Shown: positions 22,297 through 35,209, counted from the first letter of the whole stretch. The stretch: DNA of 63,363 nucleotides, filler included, from Octopus bimaculoides (GCF_001194135.2; 10 parts of 9 records of this genome joined end to end with filler, not necessarily neighbours in it), one strand, 5' to 3'. Made by a program: numbers and translations. The notes: generated from the letters alone by a model not told the origin.

Positions 22297-24286
22297 CCAG
22301 AATCACGCCGTACAAGGAGAAGGAAAGAAAAGAATAATTCAGTGAAGGAGAAGTAGTGAGGGTAATAAACCTGACATAGAGGGAGTGAAAGAAAGTAATA
22401 GAAATGAGACAAAAGAAGGGTGTTAGATGTATAAGGAAGGAAGGGATGAAAAAAGTCAGCGTTTCACCTCTGTGTGAGTATATGTGTGTACGTGTGTGCG
22501 TGTACAAGGGACGTATGTGAATGTTTGCATCTGTGATATGATTGTGGACCTTATTTTGTACCTTATTTATATATAAACTACTACAATTAGCCGTCATTGT
22601 TGACGGCGGGTGGTCAGCTAGTAATTTATTAATTTATAAAATGTCCGGTTAATATAACTGAAGAGTATGCTTTATTGCAGTGGTGTTCTGTAATTGTGAG
22701 ATGTAGTATTGCGCAGTGGTAATGTACTGTAATCGATCTACAAGTATGTGGATGAGCGTTAGAATTAGGGTTAGGATTATAGTTTGGTAATTGGCATAAG
22801 TCTTGAATGTATTCTTCCAGCAGGTACAAGTCTATGCGCTAATAGGATGTAAATGTTTTCTGCTCCACAGAAATTACAGGGCTGGAATCTAGCTTCATAA
22901 GACAGGACTTTGGTGATGCTGTTCTATTATAGCTCACATAAAGTTAGGCGTTCACTGGGTTGCTCGAAGGAATTGGGTATACATTTGAGTTTCTCTAGTC
23001 AGGTTCTAGAAAGTGTGTTGCTGTTATTTAAGTCTGTTTTTGAACTAGTTAGTAGTGAGACTGATTTATGCGTTGTTAGAAGACTGCGTTGTTAGAAGAG
23101 ACATAAAATTTATATTTGTCTAGTAGGATTGTGATTATAGATCATAGGCAGTTGATTCTATTTGGATCTCTTGTTAGTGTCACCACAGCGTCTTCTATGT
23201 CTGTTATGTGTAGCCATGTTAGAAGAGACAATATTATGCTAGAGTAGAAATGTTTAACTGCACTCTTATTAAATATTTTGTGGTAGCGATTCTGGTAGGG
23301 AAGTGCTACTGTAGAGAAGAAGAAGCTTTCTTCTTTATTGTCCCCATTAGAAAATGATACTGCATAAGCTTCACTTGACATGTGGGTGTGTGGATGGGCA
23401 GTGTGATGTGACTATTAAAAAATTGAAATAAGATACAAGATAATTTATGAGAAATGAATATGAAACGAATTTATGAGTGCAAAAATTTGTTCTCTGTATG
23501 TTTAGGTTTGATCAGAAACCAAAATAATGATTAAGCTTTGTGTATCTAAAGAATATTAGGGTTGGTGAGATTTTCTGGAGAGAGAAGGTGGTAACGCTGT
23601 CAAATAAATTACCGTCTGTAGTGATATGTAATTGTTTTCGAACTGAATTATTTAATAGGTTGTTCTATGTTCTGTTCTATGGTCTGGTATTATTTATGTG
23701 TTTAGTATATCCATTATTTTATTGATGAAGCTGCCTTTCATAAAATATAGCGACACACGCCAATATAAATCAGACGTGAAAGTAAGGTGACAAATGTCTA
23801 CAGTTGCTAATGTCAAACTTGGGAACTTTATAGGAACTCATACAAACGTATACAATATCTTGATAAAATAAAAAAAATGAGGATCCATCAGTATATTCAA
23901 GGTAACTTGCTATAACACACACACGCATATATACACATATTGAACATTAACATTTACAGACAGAGCTGTAAATATGTGATCTACATAAACTTATCGTTAA
24001 ATTAACCCTGTCCACATGCTAAATAAATATTCCTATAAGGTTTGGCTCATAGAAAGCAATAACAATCGTATGTGTCACTGTGGCTGCATAGCAATAGTTT
24101 CTGGAAAATATCTGTCGAAAACATGAAGCTCACTTATGTTTGACCGGCGCTTCTATATAAATCTTCCATCACGGACCTGTGCTTACATGCATGTTTTGAT
24201 GAATACGAACAATAACAACAATAATGCCTTATTTCGTACACTAAAAACAACCATATCAAGGAGAAGGGATAAAAAAACAACTAATA

Positions 24287-24901
24287 TACTGGGTTGTCCG
24301 GAAAGTTCGTGCCGATTTTCCAAAAGATGCTTTTCACTCAACTCATGTGGTACGCAAACATCGTAGCGATTTGTCTACCCAAGCTTTACCAGGTGCTCAT
24401 GAACGACGGATTTTGATAGGCTGAGGCTTTCNNNNNNNNNNAGGTTGAGGCTTTCTGCCAATTGAGCAATGTGGGTTATTCTCAATTAATGACTTGATTT
24501 GGTCATCATCTGTAGTGGATGGTCAGCCTGATCGCTCTTTATCAATAAGGCTACATTCTCCAGCTTGGAACCTTGCAAACCATTTCTGTACAGTTCTTTC
24601 GGATAAAGAAACATCACTGGAAACTGCGCATATTTCTTTGGTTGCTTGTGAGGCATTTTTCACTTTACGGAAAAAGAAAAGCATCAAGTGCCAAAAATGA
24701 ACTTTCTTATCTTCCATTTTAAAGGGTTACAGAATTAACACAGGTTATAGAGACATAAACCTTCTTCCTCGAAAAGATAGCTTTAGCTGTGTTCTAAATG
24801 GAGGTGTAGTCAAATCCTATTTTATGGACTCAACCATGTTCTAAAATAAGTCGAAAGGTAAGCTACTATAAATCGGCACGAACTTTCCGCACAACCCAAT
24901 A
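24287..24901 (-). mobile_element. Deleted mariner element (TIRs intact, transposase N-terminal half only)
   Basis: TIRs tactgggttgtccggaaagttcgtgccgattt / aaatcggcacgaactttccgcacaacccaata with TA ends. Minus peptides MEDKKVHF...SERTVQKWFARFQAG...RSGRP and ...HEHLVKLG*TNRYDVCVPHEL (WVPHEL motif). Confidence 0.9.
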
Positions 24902-25391
24902 TTTTCAGCGAGACAAAATATATTTACGCTTATAGTCCTTTCCACCAACTTCCTACAAATATTTACCTCCTGCTCCTCCTGCTCGGAGACGTATGGATGT
25001 GTGTATATATGTATGTCTGTATATATCAGAATTTCAATATAAAAAAACGAAATTAACAGGCTTCAACCCAAATCACTACAATTATTTCTGTGCTTCAGTA
25101 TGATCTCCGTGTTTCACATTTATACATTATTTCATTGATGGAATGCAACAATAGTTCTGTAACTGCACGTCTTCAGGTGAGTAGGTTCGAATGTGTGTGT
25201 ATTTACGATGTGGAAAAGGAGTAATGCATATTCTGATGAAGCCATAGCTTCGAAGTTACTCCCAACCATGTCCTTGTAAATAAATATGTACTATATAACA
25301 TATGTTTAGCATATAGAATATATATATGCATATATAAAATTTCTACCTATCTTTATATCCATATCCCTATATTTGTGTGTATACACACACA

Positions 25392-25463
<72 letters not shown>

Positions 25464-26530
25464 NNNNNNNNNNNNNNNNNNNNNNNNNNNNNNNNNNNNN
25501 NNNNNNNNNNNNNNNNNNNNNNNNNNNNNNNNNNNNNNNNNNNNNNNNNNNNNNNNNNNNNNNNNNNNNNNNNNNNNNNNNNNNNNNNNNNNNNNNNNNN
25601 NNNNNNNNNNNNNNNNNNNNNNNNNNNNNNNNNNNNNNNNNNNNNNNNNNNNNNNNNNNNNNNNNNNNNNNNNNNNNNNNNNNNNNNNNNNNNNNNNNNN
25701 NNNNNNNNNNNNNNNNNNNNNNNNNNNNNNNNNNNNNNNNNNNNNNNNNNNNNNNNNNNNNNNNNNNNNNNNNNNNNNNNNNNNNNNNNNNNNNNNNNNN
25801 NNNNNNNNNNNNNNNNNNNNNNNNNNNNNNNNNNNNNNNNNNNNNNNNNNNNNNNNNNNNNNNNNNNNNNNNNNNNNNNNNNNNNNNNNNNNNNNNNNNN
25901 NNNNNNNNNNNATATATTTGCATATATACATTTGCATATATATATATACATATGCATATATATGCACATATATATGTGTATGTATTGACAATATCAAAAG
26001 TAAGGATTACTCTGGAGTAGTAATGGCACCTCCATTAATTCTATAATTAGATACCGCCTTTTAAGACCAACACATGTTTCAATTGCACCGACAAGTAATG
26101 GTTGCAATTGCGACCCTACTATAAAATGTAGCAGTCTCTTCGGGGCCTTAACTTGATAGCCCTTGGTGTGTTCATTTAATGATTTTCTGTCATAAACTCT
26201 GCGTTGTATAATGTAGAACTGCACGTTAATTCAGACGCGAGCAATTTGTATTTCAAGTTCTTATTGGATTCTCATTTTCAGTCCATCATTTCAAAACGTT
26301 GTATAGTTTAAATGTCAATATATATATATATATATATATATANNNNNNNNNNNNNNNNNNNNNNNNNNNNNNNNNNNNNNNNNNNNNNNNNNNNNNNNNN
26401 NNNNNNNNNNNNNNNNNNNNNNNNNNNNNNNNNNNNNNNNNNNNNNNNNNNNNNNNNNNNNNNNNNNNNNNNNNNNNNNNNNNNNNNNNNNNNNNNNNNN
26501 NNNNNNNNNNNNNNNNNNNNNNNNNNNNNN

Positions 26531-27041
26531 AGGGTGAAAGTGTCAAGAAGAAAAGGACAGTAAGAACAAGACAGTAAAAAAAACAAAAACAGTGAAAACA
26601 AACGGTGAGGGCTGTTGAGCCAAGACAATAGAAAAATTATTATGAACGCTAAGTAGACGTGGAGAAGCGACAGAAAAAAACACGTCTTTACGTTAGGAAG
26701 ACAGTGGGCAGAAAGAGAGATTCCCTTTTGTCACGTATCAGCGACGAGAGTGTCAAGGAGGAAGAGTGAGAGAGAGAGAGAGAGAGAGAGGGAGAGGAAA
26801 CGGTAAAAGGGAGAGAAGAATAGGGAATGGGTGGGAGAGAAAATCAGAAAGGATGGGGAACAAGAGAGCACTGCCTTCCTAACGTTAAGACGTCTTTTTT
26901 CTGTCTCTTCTCCACGTCTGCCTAGCGTTCATAATAAGTTTTTCTATCGTCTTGGTTCAACAGCCCTCACCGTTTGTTTTTATTGTTTAGTTTTTACCGT
27001 CTTGTTCTCACTTCTCCTGTTCTTGTTAACACTTTCACCCT
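26531..27041. repeat. Inverted repeat, ~175-bp arms around a ~160-bp GA-rich spacer
   Basis: 26531-26706 is the reverse complement of 26869-27041 (agggtgaaagtgt...cgttaggaag.cagtg); left arm cut by a gap. Confidence 0.9.
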
Positions 27042-29064
27042 CCGCACAAGAATTCCAAATTTTATTTAATTTGGTTTGTGGGAAAGACTGTTCCAACAAT
27101 GTCGCGTATTGTCCTTGCCTTCGAAACGCGGAGTAGATGGAACAGGGACAACTGATGCAGGTAGATTTGCATGTCTCGTTTCTCTGTTTGTTTATTTCGT
27201 TGTTCAAAAAAAGTTCGTTTTCTATCTTCGTCTTTATGTTTTCGTTTCTCATTGTGTTTAACGTTTTGTTGATGTCCTGTACACATATATGCATGTATGT
27301 ATACATATAGATGTAGGTACGTACATATATGTATGGATATATGCATATATTTATATATTATTTATATTATTATATGATCGAACGCCACGCATCCTTTTCC
27401 AAGTAACTTTTATCTATCTATACTGTTATAGTTTCTTCAATGAGAATATTGACCAAGGTTACCGTGGTCTTTTCCGTAGGCTTTTCTTTCCACGGCTAAA
27501 CCTAAACTGTCCTCCCCTCTTTTTACACGAGAACATTACTGTGTGATACACGATCCCTATTGATCGCTCTTTTTTTTTTCTCGACCCCTTTTGATCGAAC
27601 TCCCCCCTTTTCCCCAAAGTCTTGTACATTTTATTGCATAATGAACAGTTGTATTCGCTGGCAGAGGGAACAGTTGGCACAGTCTTTTGAAGTGTCTTTT
27701 AATCCTCCAACAGAACAATAACCGTATTCCAATTTACTTATATGAATTTGCTTTAAATATTTTTGTGTGCACCTTCATGTGAGAGTGTAACATTGTTGAA
27801 CTTCTGACTGAAGGAGTCTTTGATTGGCTATTTCTCTGCAACCGAGCAATTCTCTGAAGTACTTAGCAACAATCATCACGATACCAGCTCTTGCAGCAGT
27901 AAAAATCTCAACAACAACAGGATGTTCAGTTTAAATTTGAATAGATGCAACAGTAATAATGAACTTGGAAATTTCCACTTTTGCCATTCACATTCATATA
28001 TCTTACATTCTACTGATAAATTTCATTCTTAATTTTTAAATACATTCCAAAACCTCTTGTACTGGACATATTTCACCTGTGGACAATACATAACAGAAAT
28101 AATACAAAAGTCTGATACTTTTCAATGCATTATGCAGACGTCAAAAAGAATGTGCTAAAAAAAATCATAGGTGACGACTGATGATTTTATGTAGATATAT
28201 TATTGTAATTCTATTAGCCAGACATTCAGGCGATAATCCAAGTGAATTTTCTCAGGCATAATGATATACAGACTAATCATTGTAGCCGAGGCTTAGTGAT
28301 GCTTATATATCTATGTGCACCAACTTCGAAAATGTAATTGTCTCAGAAAGAATTTAATTATATTTCATCTCATGGAAGGAATATAAAGCAATGCTGTGTT
28401 ATGCATACAATATTCTTTCAGAAAAAAGTTCGTCTTCACCTGCTGTCTGTGAAATCTTTATGAACTTATTTGATACAAATAAATATTTGATTCAATGCTG
28501 CAAATTTTCCAATAACATTGTTACATAAAGAATTTCAAGGAAAGAAGCTCTTATGACAAAGTATTTTTCAGAATCGAAGAAATACAATTATGGAAGAAGA
28601 GTTCCAGATAATAGTAAGATATTGAATTATTATAGAAATATTGATTTCTCACACAAAAATATTTAAGTTATTTAAAATACAGACATCACTAACTTTGTAG
28701 CATTATCGCCATCACAATCATCAACACCATCATCAGTTTGATCCTTTGATTGTTGATGATACCAGTTTCCTTATGTAAAGTCCCAATACAATGTATCCTA
28801 AATGGTTCGTTCTCTCATCTATTGATTTCTGTTCTTGGTTGCTGTGATATGCTTATGACTATCAATGTTTTACATCGAGTATTTGTCCAGATAACCGAGG
28901 TTTCTATAGTTTTATACGTGCCCAGAACAACAAAGGCTTTCGTTGCATCAATCTCTTCCATGATAAGGAACTTCGCTTTCTCTAAAATAACCAAGAGCTT
29001 AATTTTATTTTTCCTTTTGATGTTCATAATCTAAATAAGGTGTCGTATCAGCAATTCCTGAAGG

Positions 29065-29944
29065 TATTTTGTCATCTCATAAATATTGCGTTTTTTTTAA
29101 TACTTATATTTTTAAAGATTAAGATAAATAAAATTCCTTTTTAATCAAAAATTTAATCTTTCATTCTCTACAATGATCTTCCATCTATCCGGTGGACTTG
29201 CAAGTCCCCTTTTCCGAAATTCACTTGTCCATGACGAAAAATACTCCGTTACTCTTCTGACCTCGTCAACAGAATTCATATTTTTTCTGTCCAAATGATT
29301 TTGAAGTCTGCAGAATAAATAAATGATAATCAGATGAGGCAATGTCTGGCGAATATGGGGCACTGTTTCCAATTCAAACTGCTTCAGCCTTTGGAATGTC
29401 ATCCTCGCTGTATGTGACCAAGCATTATCCTGATGGAAGAACACCTTTCGTCTTGAAAGCAAAGATCATCATTTTTCTTCTAGCTCAAACAGCTCGCAGT
29501 GGATCTCCTTTGTTATCGTTTTGTTTGGGTTTAAAGATTCAAAGTGGACTAAACTTTTCATATCCCACCAAACAGATAACGGCGCCTAGACGACGCTTGT
29601 TTTCTAAGCTGTAGTTTCAGGCTGGGAATTTCTGGAACCACCGTTGACACTGGCTTACACTTATTGTGTGATCCCCATGTACTGCATTAATATTCCTCGC
29701 ACTTTCCGTTGCGTTGTTGCCTTTATTGAACTCATAAGCAAAGTATGCCGAATATGCTCCTTTGTCACTTTGAAAAAATAACTTAAAATCGAACTGCATT
29801 CTTCAAAATTTCACTAAGAATAAGGACAAGGTAAAATTACTACCTGCTTTTATAGCAAATTGATGCAGGCAGTTTATCCCGTCCCCCTCTGACTTGTAGT
29901 TCATTTAATTGAAAAACTCGCATTTTTTATAGGATGAACCAATA
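29065..29944 (-). mobile_element. Internally deleted mariner (DD34D-type) relic
   Basis: HTH peptide YEFNKGNNATESARNINAVHG...SVSQCQRWFQKF (29617-29799) and catalytic C-terminus RRKVFFHQDNAWSHTA (29145-29462). Degenerate TIRs at 29065-29095 and 29912-29944. Confidence 0.85.
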
Positions 29945-30048
29945 TGTTTTTCATCTGTTTAGGATATGCCGTCCACACTTCAGATGTTTGCAGTAGGGTG
30001 GATAATGTCGCTGCTTAGTCTAAGATGTACTTATTTTGTACAGCAAAA

Positions 30049-30946
30049 TACATGGTGGAGCAGAAATGACGGCCTTTTAGAAAAATTCACAAAATCATTA
30101 ATTTTAGCTGCAAACAAATTTTATTGACATCAATGTGTTTGTATTGAATTAGCATTTGCCAAACTTAAGTGAGGAAAACAACATCCATCATGTGGTATTT
30201 TTTTTCGTTGATGCATTTGTGAAGTTCTTGGAAGTTGGCCTCCAATCTCCCCAGCATTGGTCTGTCTTCCACGCGAATAGCTTCCTTCGGATCGTTCAAT
30301 GTACAGGGCTTATGAGCATACACACGTAACTTGAGGTTTCCCCCACAAGAAATAATCACATATGGACAAATCAGGGTAATGAAGGGGCTAAAGAATGTCA
30401 GCAAACCTGGAAATGAAGCGGTCACCGAAGAGAGAGTGAAGAACGTTCATTGATGCTCTGACTCTCTGGGTCATCGCCCCATCATGCTGAAGCCATACAC
30501 GTTGAAAATGCAGGCCGATGCCAAGTTCAGTAGAATGCCTCCGAGAAATGCGATTCAGACACCGAGTCAATTCTTGTCTGACGCGTTCCACATTTTCCGG
30601 GATCCGTACCATTCGTGTCACCCCCACCGTTCTCCTATTCATTAGTGTACCTCGTTAACGAGGTGCATTCACTAAACGTAAGATTGTGTTACGAGTGGGA
30701 ACAGCTTAATTTCGTTGAATGTTGAAACTTACGCTGAACTGCCGCGACCGACATGTTATTCTTCACGTAACTGTCGTAGGCAATCACCCGGTGCTCTATC
30801 GTCCATAGCGTCATGGCTTCCCCTGAACAGAGAAATAAATGCTAGGACACCACAAACCAAACGTTACTTGTCGGATATATGTCCCTCCGGCTGGGGCTGA
30901 TTGATAGCCATTTCAAATACGTCCGTCCTCTCTGTCTCACACTGTA
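30049..30946 (-). mobile_element. Internally deleted Tc1/mariner-superfamily transposon relic
   Basis: ATG at 30814: MTLWTIEHRVIAYDSYVKNNMSVAAVQRKF...PTRNTILR...ENVERVR, then VWLQHDGA...LFGDRFISRF and LKLRVYAHKP.TL. Degenerate TIRs tacatggtggagcagaaatgacgg vs reverse complement of ccgtcctctctgtctcacactgta. Confidence 0.8.
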
Positions 30947-30965
30947 CTACATGTTCCACTGAGTA

Positions 30966-31034
<69 letters not shown>

Positions 31035-31053
31035 GTCTCTGTCTCTGTCTCTG

Positions 31054-31142
<89 letters not shown>

Positions 31143-31144
31143 AC

Positions 31145-31314
31145 CTTCTAAATGCCCAACTAGCCCAGTTCACTCTGCGATATAGTTTATCACTGAAATT
31201 ATAATCACTCATTGTTGTACCCAACAGATCATTAGAGTAACGTGCGCCTTCTAGTTTCTGTGCTTCATTAACGATTGATGCAGGTCCTGACATTTCGCTT
31301 GCCTTTCGATTTGG
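31145..31314 (-). CDS. Internal coding exon (170 nt, phase 0 to 2) of an unidentified protein
   Basis: Acceptor ctgtctgtctctttcag|, donor AAG|GTAAAG. Single open frame PNRKASEMSGPASIVNEAQKLEGARYSNDLLGTTMSDYNFSDKLYRRVNWASWAFR; the other two frames stop. Confidence 0.7.
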
Positions 31315-31435
31315 CTGAAAGAGACAGACAGGTGACCAAAGAAATATCTTGTGCAAGAACACAACACATCACTAGGGCCGGAGATCAAAACAACAATGTT
31401 GCACACGTGAGTGCAACGCTCTCACCAACACTTAC

Positions 31436-31640
31436 CATGACGGAACCCATTAGAGAATCGTTGTAGAGTTGTAGAGTACATCTATCACCTAGTTTAATGA
31501 TGCTCATTGGTCTATAACTGCCTATACTGGTACTCATTCTTTTGAAAATATTCAGATGAGATGGCAAACCGGGAATTACTAATCTTCCCCAATTCAGTTT
31601 CAGAGACCAAGAAAATATCACGAACGCTGCTTCTCCTTTT
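31436..31640 (-). CDS. Coding exon (205 nt, phase 2 to 0) spliced in frame to 31314 across a 121-nt intron
   Basis: Acceptor ttttatctattattatggcttattcag|, donor ATG|GTAAGT. Open frame KGEAAFVIFSWSLKLNWGRLVIPGLPSHLNIFKRMSTSIGSYRPMSIIKLGDRCTLQLYNDSLMGSVM; phase 0 matches the next exon. Confidence 0.7.
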
Positions 31641-32345
31641 CTGAATAAGCCATAATAATAGATAAAAGTAAAAACATGGTGGCATAGATGCATTTAAATG
31701 CGATTACAATTATTAGAATATTTAAACGCATGAGGAAGAAGAGACAGCGGAAACGGAGCTGGCAGAAAAGGTGGGAACGGAGGGGAAGAGAAAGAGAACT
31801 AGAATTCCTTTTTAACATTTCGAGAACTCCCAACTCATCTATCGATTAATCAATCGATATAGTTGCATAGTTATGTTGCATTTTTGTTGAGTATGCGTTG
31901 TTTTTATATTTAAATTATGTAAAATGTATAATTCCAAATACATTGAAGTAAATTATGCTAACTCCCAAATGACTAATTAAAATAATTATATTCTTTATAA
32001 CGACATCAAATAATTTCAGGTTCCATGTCATTCTTTCAAAGTAAATGTCATTTTGTTTCACTCACTTCTACAGTTCAAGACTTGTTTTTTTTTAATCTCT
32101 TGTTTCTGTTTAATTACGGAGTTAGATATAAGTTAGAGATGCATAATTTTGCCTGAGAAAGTAACAAGTGTAGCTGTTTGCTTCTCAAACATGTTATAAG
32201 ACCAAGTTAACCGTAGAATTTGTTAGTGGGTTTGATAGATGGAAACTGTAAGAAAGCTCGTTTGCGTTTCAGTTATAATAAAAACAATTTTACATCAGTC
32301 TGATGGGTTAGCCAATACTTTCGTATTGTGAAAATTTCTTCATCG

Positions 32346-32437
32346 TAAACAAGATTACTGTTGACAGTGACTACGAAGTTTCGGGCATTTGCGCAGCAAA
32401 GAAACTTCGAAGGCGCTGTCAATAATAATCTTGTTTA
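32346..32437. repeat. ~37-bp-arm hairpin within a probable interspersed repeat
   Basis: taaacaagattactgttgacagtgactacgaagtttc pairs with gaaacttcgaaggcgctgtcaataataatcttgttta. Confidence 0.8.
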
Positions 32438-33194
32438 ACAATTATTGCTCGAAATGAGGACTAGATACACAGCCGACAATTGATGAAGGGTCGTTCGTTC
32501 TCCGTCGTGTCCTGTTTTCTATTTTTTCTCACGTTGTTCGCGTATTTAACTCTTTTGTTTTCGTACTTCATGTTGCTCACACTGTTAGTGACTTACTTTA
32601 CCCCACTTTAATCTATTCTAACTATATTTTCTACTTTCATGGTACGCCTTATATTTTTATGGTCTTTATTTATTATGTTTATATCCTTATATTTCTATCA
32701 CCTATGTCTTAATATACATATTTGGTTATTTGAACGGAATAATATCTCATGTCATACATCTGAATTATGAATTTGCATGTCTGAATGTTTAACAATTTTT
32801 ATCATATACCAAATTTATATATATATATATATATATATATATCCATACGCAAACACACACACACACACACACGTCAAGCATAAATCCAGGAGGTGTGAGA
32901 GAAGAATATAGATTTAACCAGTTGATTTTAATAAAATTCCTATCGCTTCCTAACACTCTTCATGTAATATTAACTTCAGTATGTTGTTGTTTATATTAAT
33001 ATGTATGCATGACATTATACAATACAATTATATATTCATGAATTAATGCAAATAAAGAACACTAGATCACCAGACAACCAGAACATCATGATTACATCAA
33101 CGGTTGAAAAGTTTACGTTGCACTATTTTGTAATTCGCTCCTGCGAGGACTGATATTTGAATGCTGAAATCTCACAGAAAATAATGGTAGGATG

Positions 33195-33695
33195 GCAGGC
33201 ATATAACTCAATAAAAGATGTTCTCTAAACAAACTAGACGATGTCATACGTGACAGACTCTTCAATAGCACCGTCGTACCTGCGCACTTAGATGCAAGTG
33301 AGAGATGGCTACTACGAAGAGAGCCATGGAAAAATTCATGCTAGGATTTTCACTAAGTGAGCACATTCGAAACGAAGAAATTCGAGAACGGATAAGAATG
33401 AACGATGTAATCGCAGACAAACGAATGCACAAGATTTGCTGAGCCGGACATGTAGCTAGGTTCACATATAACAGATGGAACCATGCAGTTGAGGATTGGT
33501 AACTAAGACGTCGAGAAAGGCTACTTGGTAGGCTTCCGCTACGATGGGCAGACGATTTGGTCAAGCAACTTGGATCCATAATGGTTCAAATGAACCCAGA
33601 AAGGTGCGATTGGATCCTGTATGGTGCAATCAATTGAAAGCGCATTGTGACCAGTGTTGTATAAGTGCATCTGATGACATGGCTGATATTATGAC
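33195..33695 (+). mobile_element. 5'-truncated RTE-clade LINE (RT C-terminus + 3' tail), decayed
   Basis: LFNSTVVPAL...RAMEKFMLGFSLSEHIRNEEIRER...*AGHVARFTYNRWNHAVEDW...GRLPLRWADDL, a typical RTE C-terminus. Tail aaagcgcattgtgaccagtg. Confidence 0.85.
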
Positions 33696-33964
33696 ATACA
33701 TATATACAAACACATACGCACACATATATATGCATTATGAATACATACGTGTATATATATGTGTGTGTTCACATTTGTGTATGTGTGGGTGTGTGTGTGA
33801 GTGTCCAATAGTTTCGTGTGTCCCGTGAATCTTGGTTTGCTTCTGGAAAGTTGCCCTCCTAGGCAATGCCTAAACAACGTATTTTATGAAAGACTAACTG
33901 TTATCCAGGCAAGCAAGAGCTATATCTTCAGGTTACCGAAGTTGATTTAAGGTGAGACAACGGC

Positions 33965-34029
<65 letters not shown>

Positions 34030-35209
34030 CTCTGAGGGATTTAACTTCAGAGAAGAGAAAAGCAGGACAAATAGAACGATCCTATATATCCGGAATTCTA
34101 ACCGGCAGTGTCTCTCTGAGTCTTACATATTTATCCCTCAGAATACTTGGGAATATACGCATATACATTCAACACGATAAGAAAAGGACAAATGGAAGCA
34201 GATTGTACTTATACATACATACAAACATACATAATACACACATGCATAACAACATAGATACATACACACAAACATAGATAAATACATAACATATGTATGT
34301 GTGTATGTATGTATATATATATATATATATGTATATGTATAGGTTAACAAATTAAGGTGTGCGTGGGTTACATAAATAATATTTTCAGGATCAAATAAAA
34401 AAAAGACAACAAACGGAACATATTACATACCTATATATATATATANNNNNNNNNNNNNNNNNNNNNNNNNNNNNNNNNNNNNNNNNNNNTTAATTAATTA
34501 ANNNNNNNNNNNNNNNNNNNNNNNNNNNNNNNNNNNNNNNNNNNNGTGTGTGTGAATACGAGTATATATAAGCTGTTGAAAAGTGATGTATGTGCGTGCG
34601 TGTGTGTGTATGTGTTTGTATGTGTGCGTTTGTATGTTTAAGTGCGGTCAAGCTCCTGTATGTATGGGATGAGAGGAAGAAGGAGACAGGAAGAGAGAGA
34701 GGGAGAGAGAGAGAGAGAGAGGGGGAGAGAGAGAGGGAGAGGGAGAGAGAGAGGGAGTGAGTGTGAGAAAACGAGAAAGAGAGAGAAAGAGGAGGAGTGC
34801 TTGCGTATATGCATGGATTATCATTCGCGTGTGTGTACGGGAGTGTGTGTGCACATGTTCACGCGCACCTGCTTATATGTATATATATATATATATATAT
34901 GTGCACGTGTGTGTGTATACTGTGACGTAAGTAACATCAACTTCGAAGCTATAGCATGGAACGCACGCATATATATACATACGAGCATACATGTACATAG
35001 GCATACGCACAAACATACATACAGACACAGAGACACACACACATACATTTACATTTACTAAAAATATATACATCTATCAATATTCACACACGCACACACA
35101 CACATATATGTATGCATGTATATAAATATATGTATGTATATAAATATATGTATATCTATATATATATGTGTGTGTATATATACATACATACATATATATG
35201 CCCTCACAT

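Noticed and set aside
22765-22776. Interstitial telomere (TTAGGG)
   Set aside because: Only one perfect and one imperfect unit.
25099-25176. Plus-strand 78-nt exon-like segment (cttcag|...CAG|GTGAGT)
   Set aside because: Isolated, opposite to the supported exons, with no recognisable peptide or partner exon; left unassigned.
27459-27680. YNCSLCNKMYKT as a zinc finger
   Set aside because: No correctly spaced His pair, and no splice support.
28070-28240. Possible Penelope GIY-YIG remnant (TCGQYITE, ISQTFRR)
   Set aside because: Only two short partial motifs with intervening stops; not distinguishable from chance.
31385-31435. Ig-like motif VSVGESVALTC in the ORF track
   Set aside because: It starts exactly at a perfect GTAAGT donor, and the frame stops after TLLF, so it is best explained as intron read-through.
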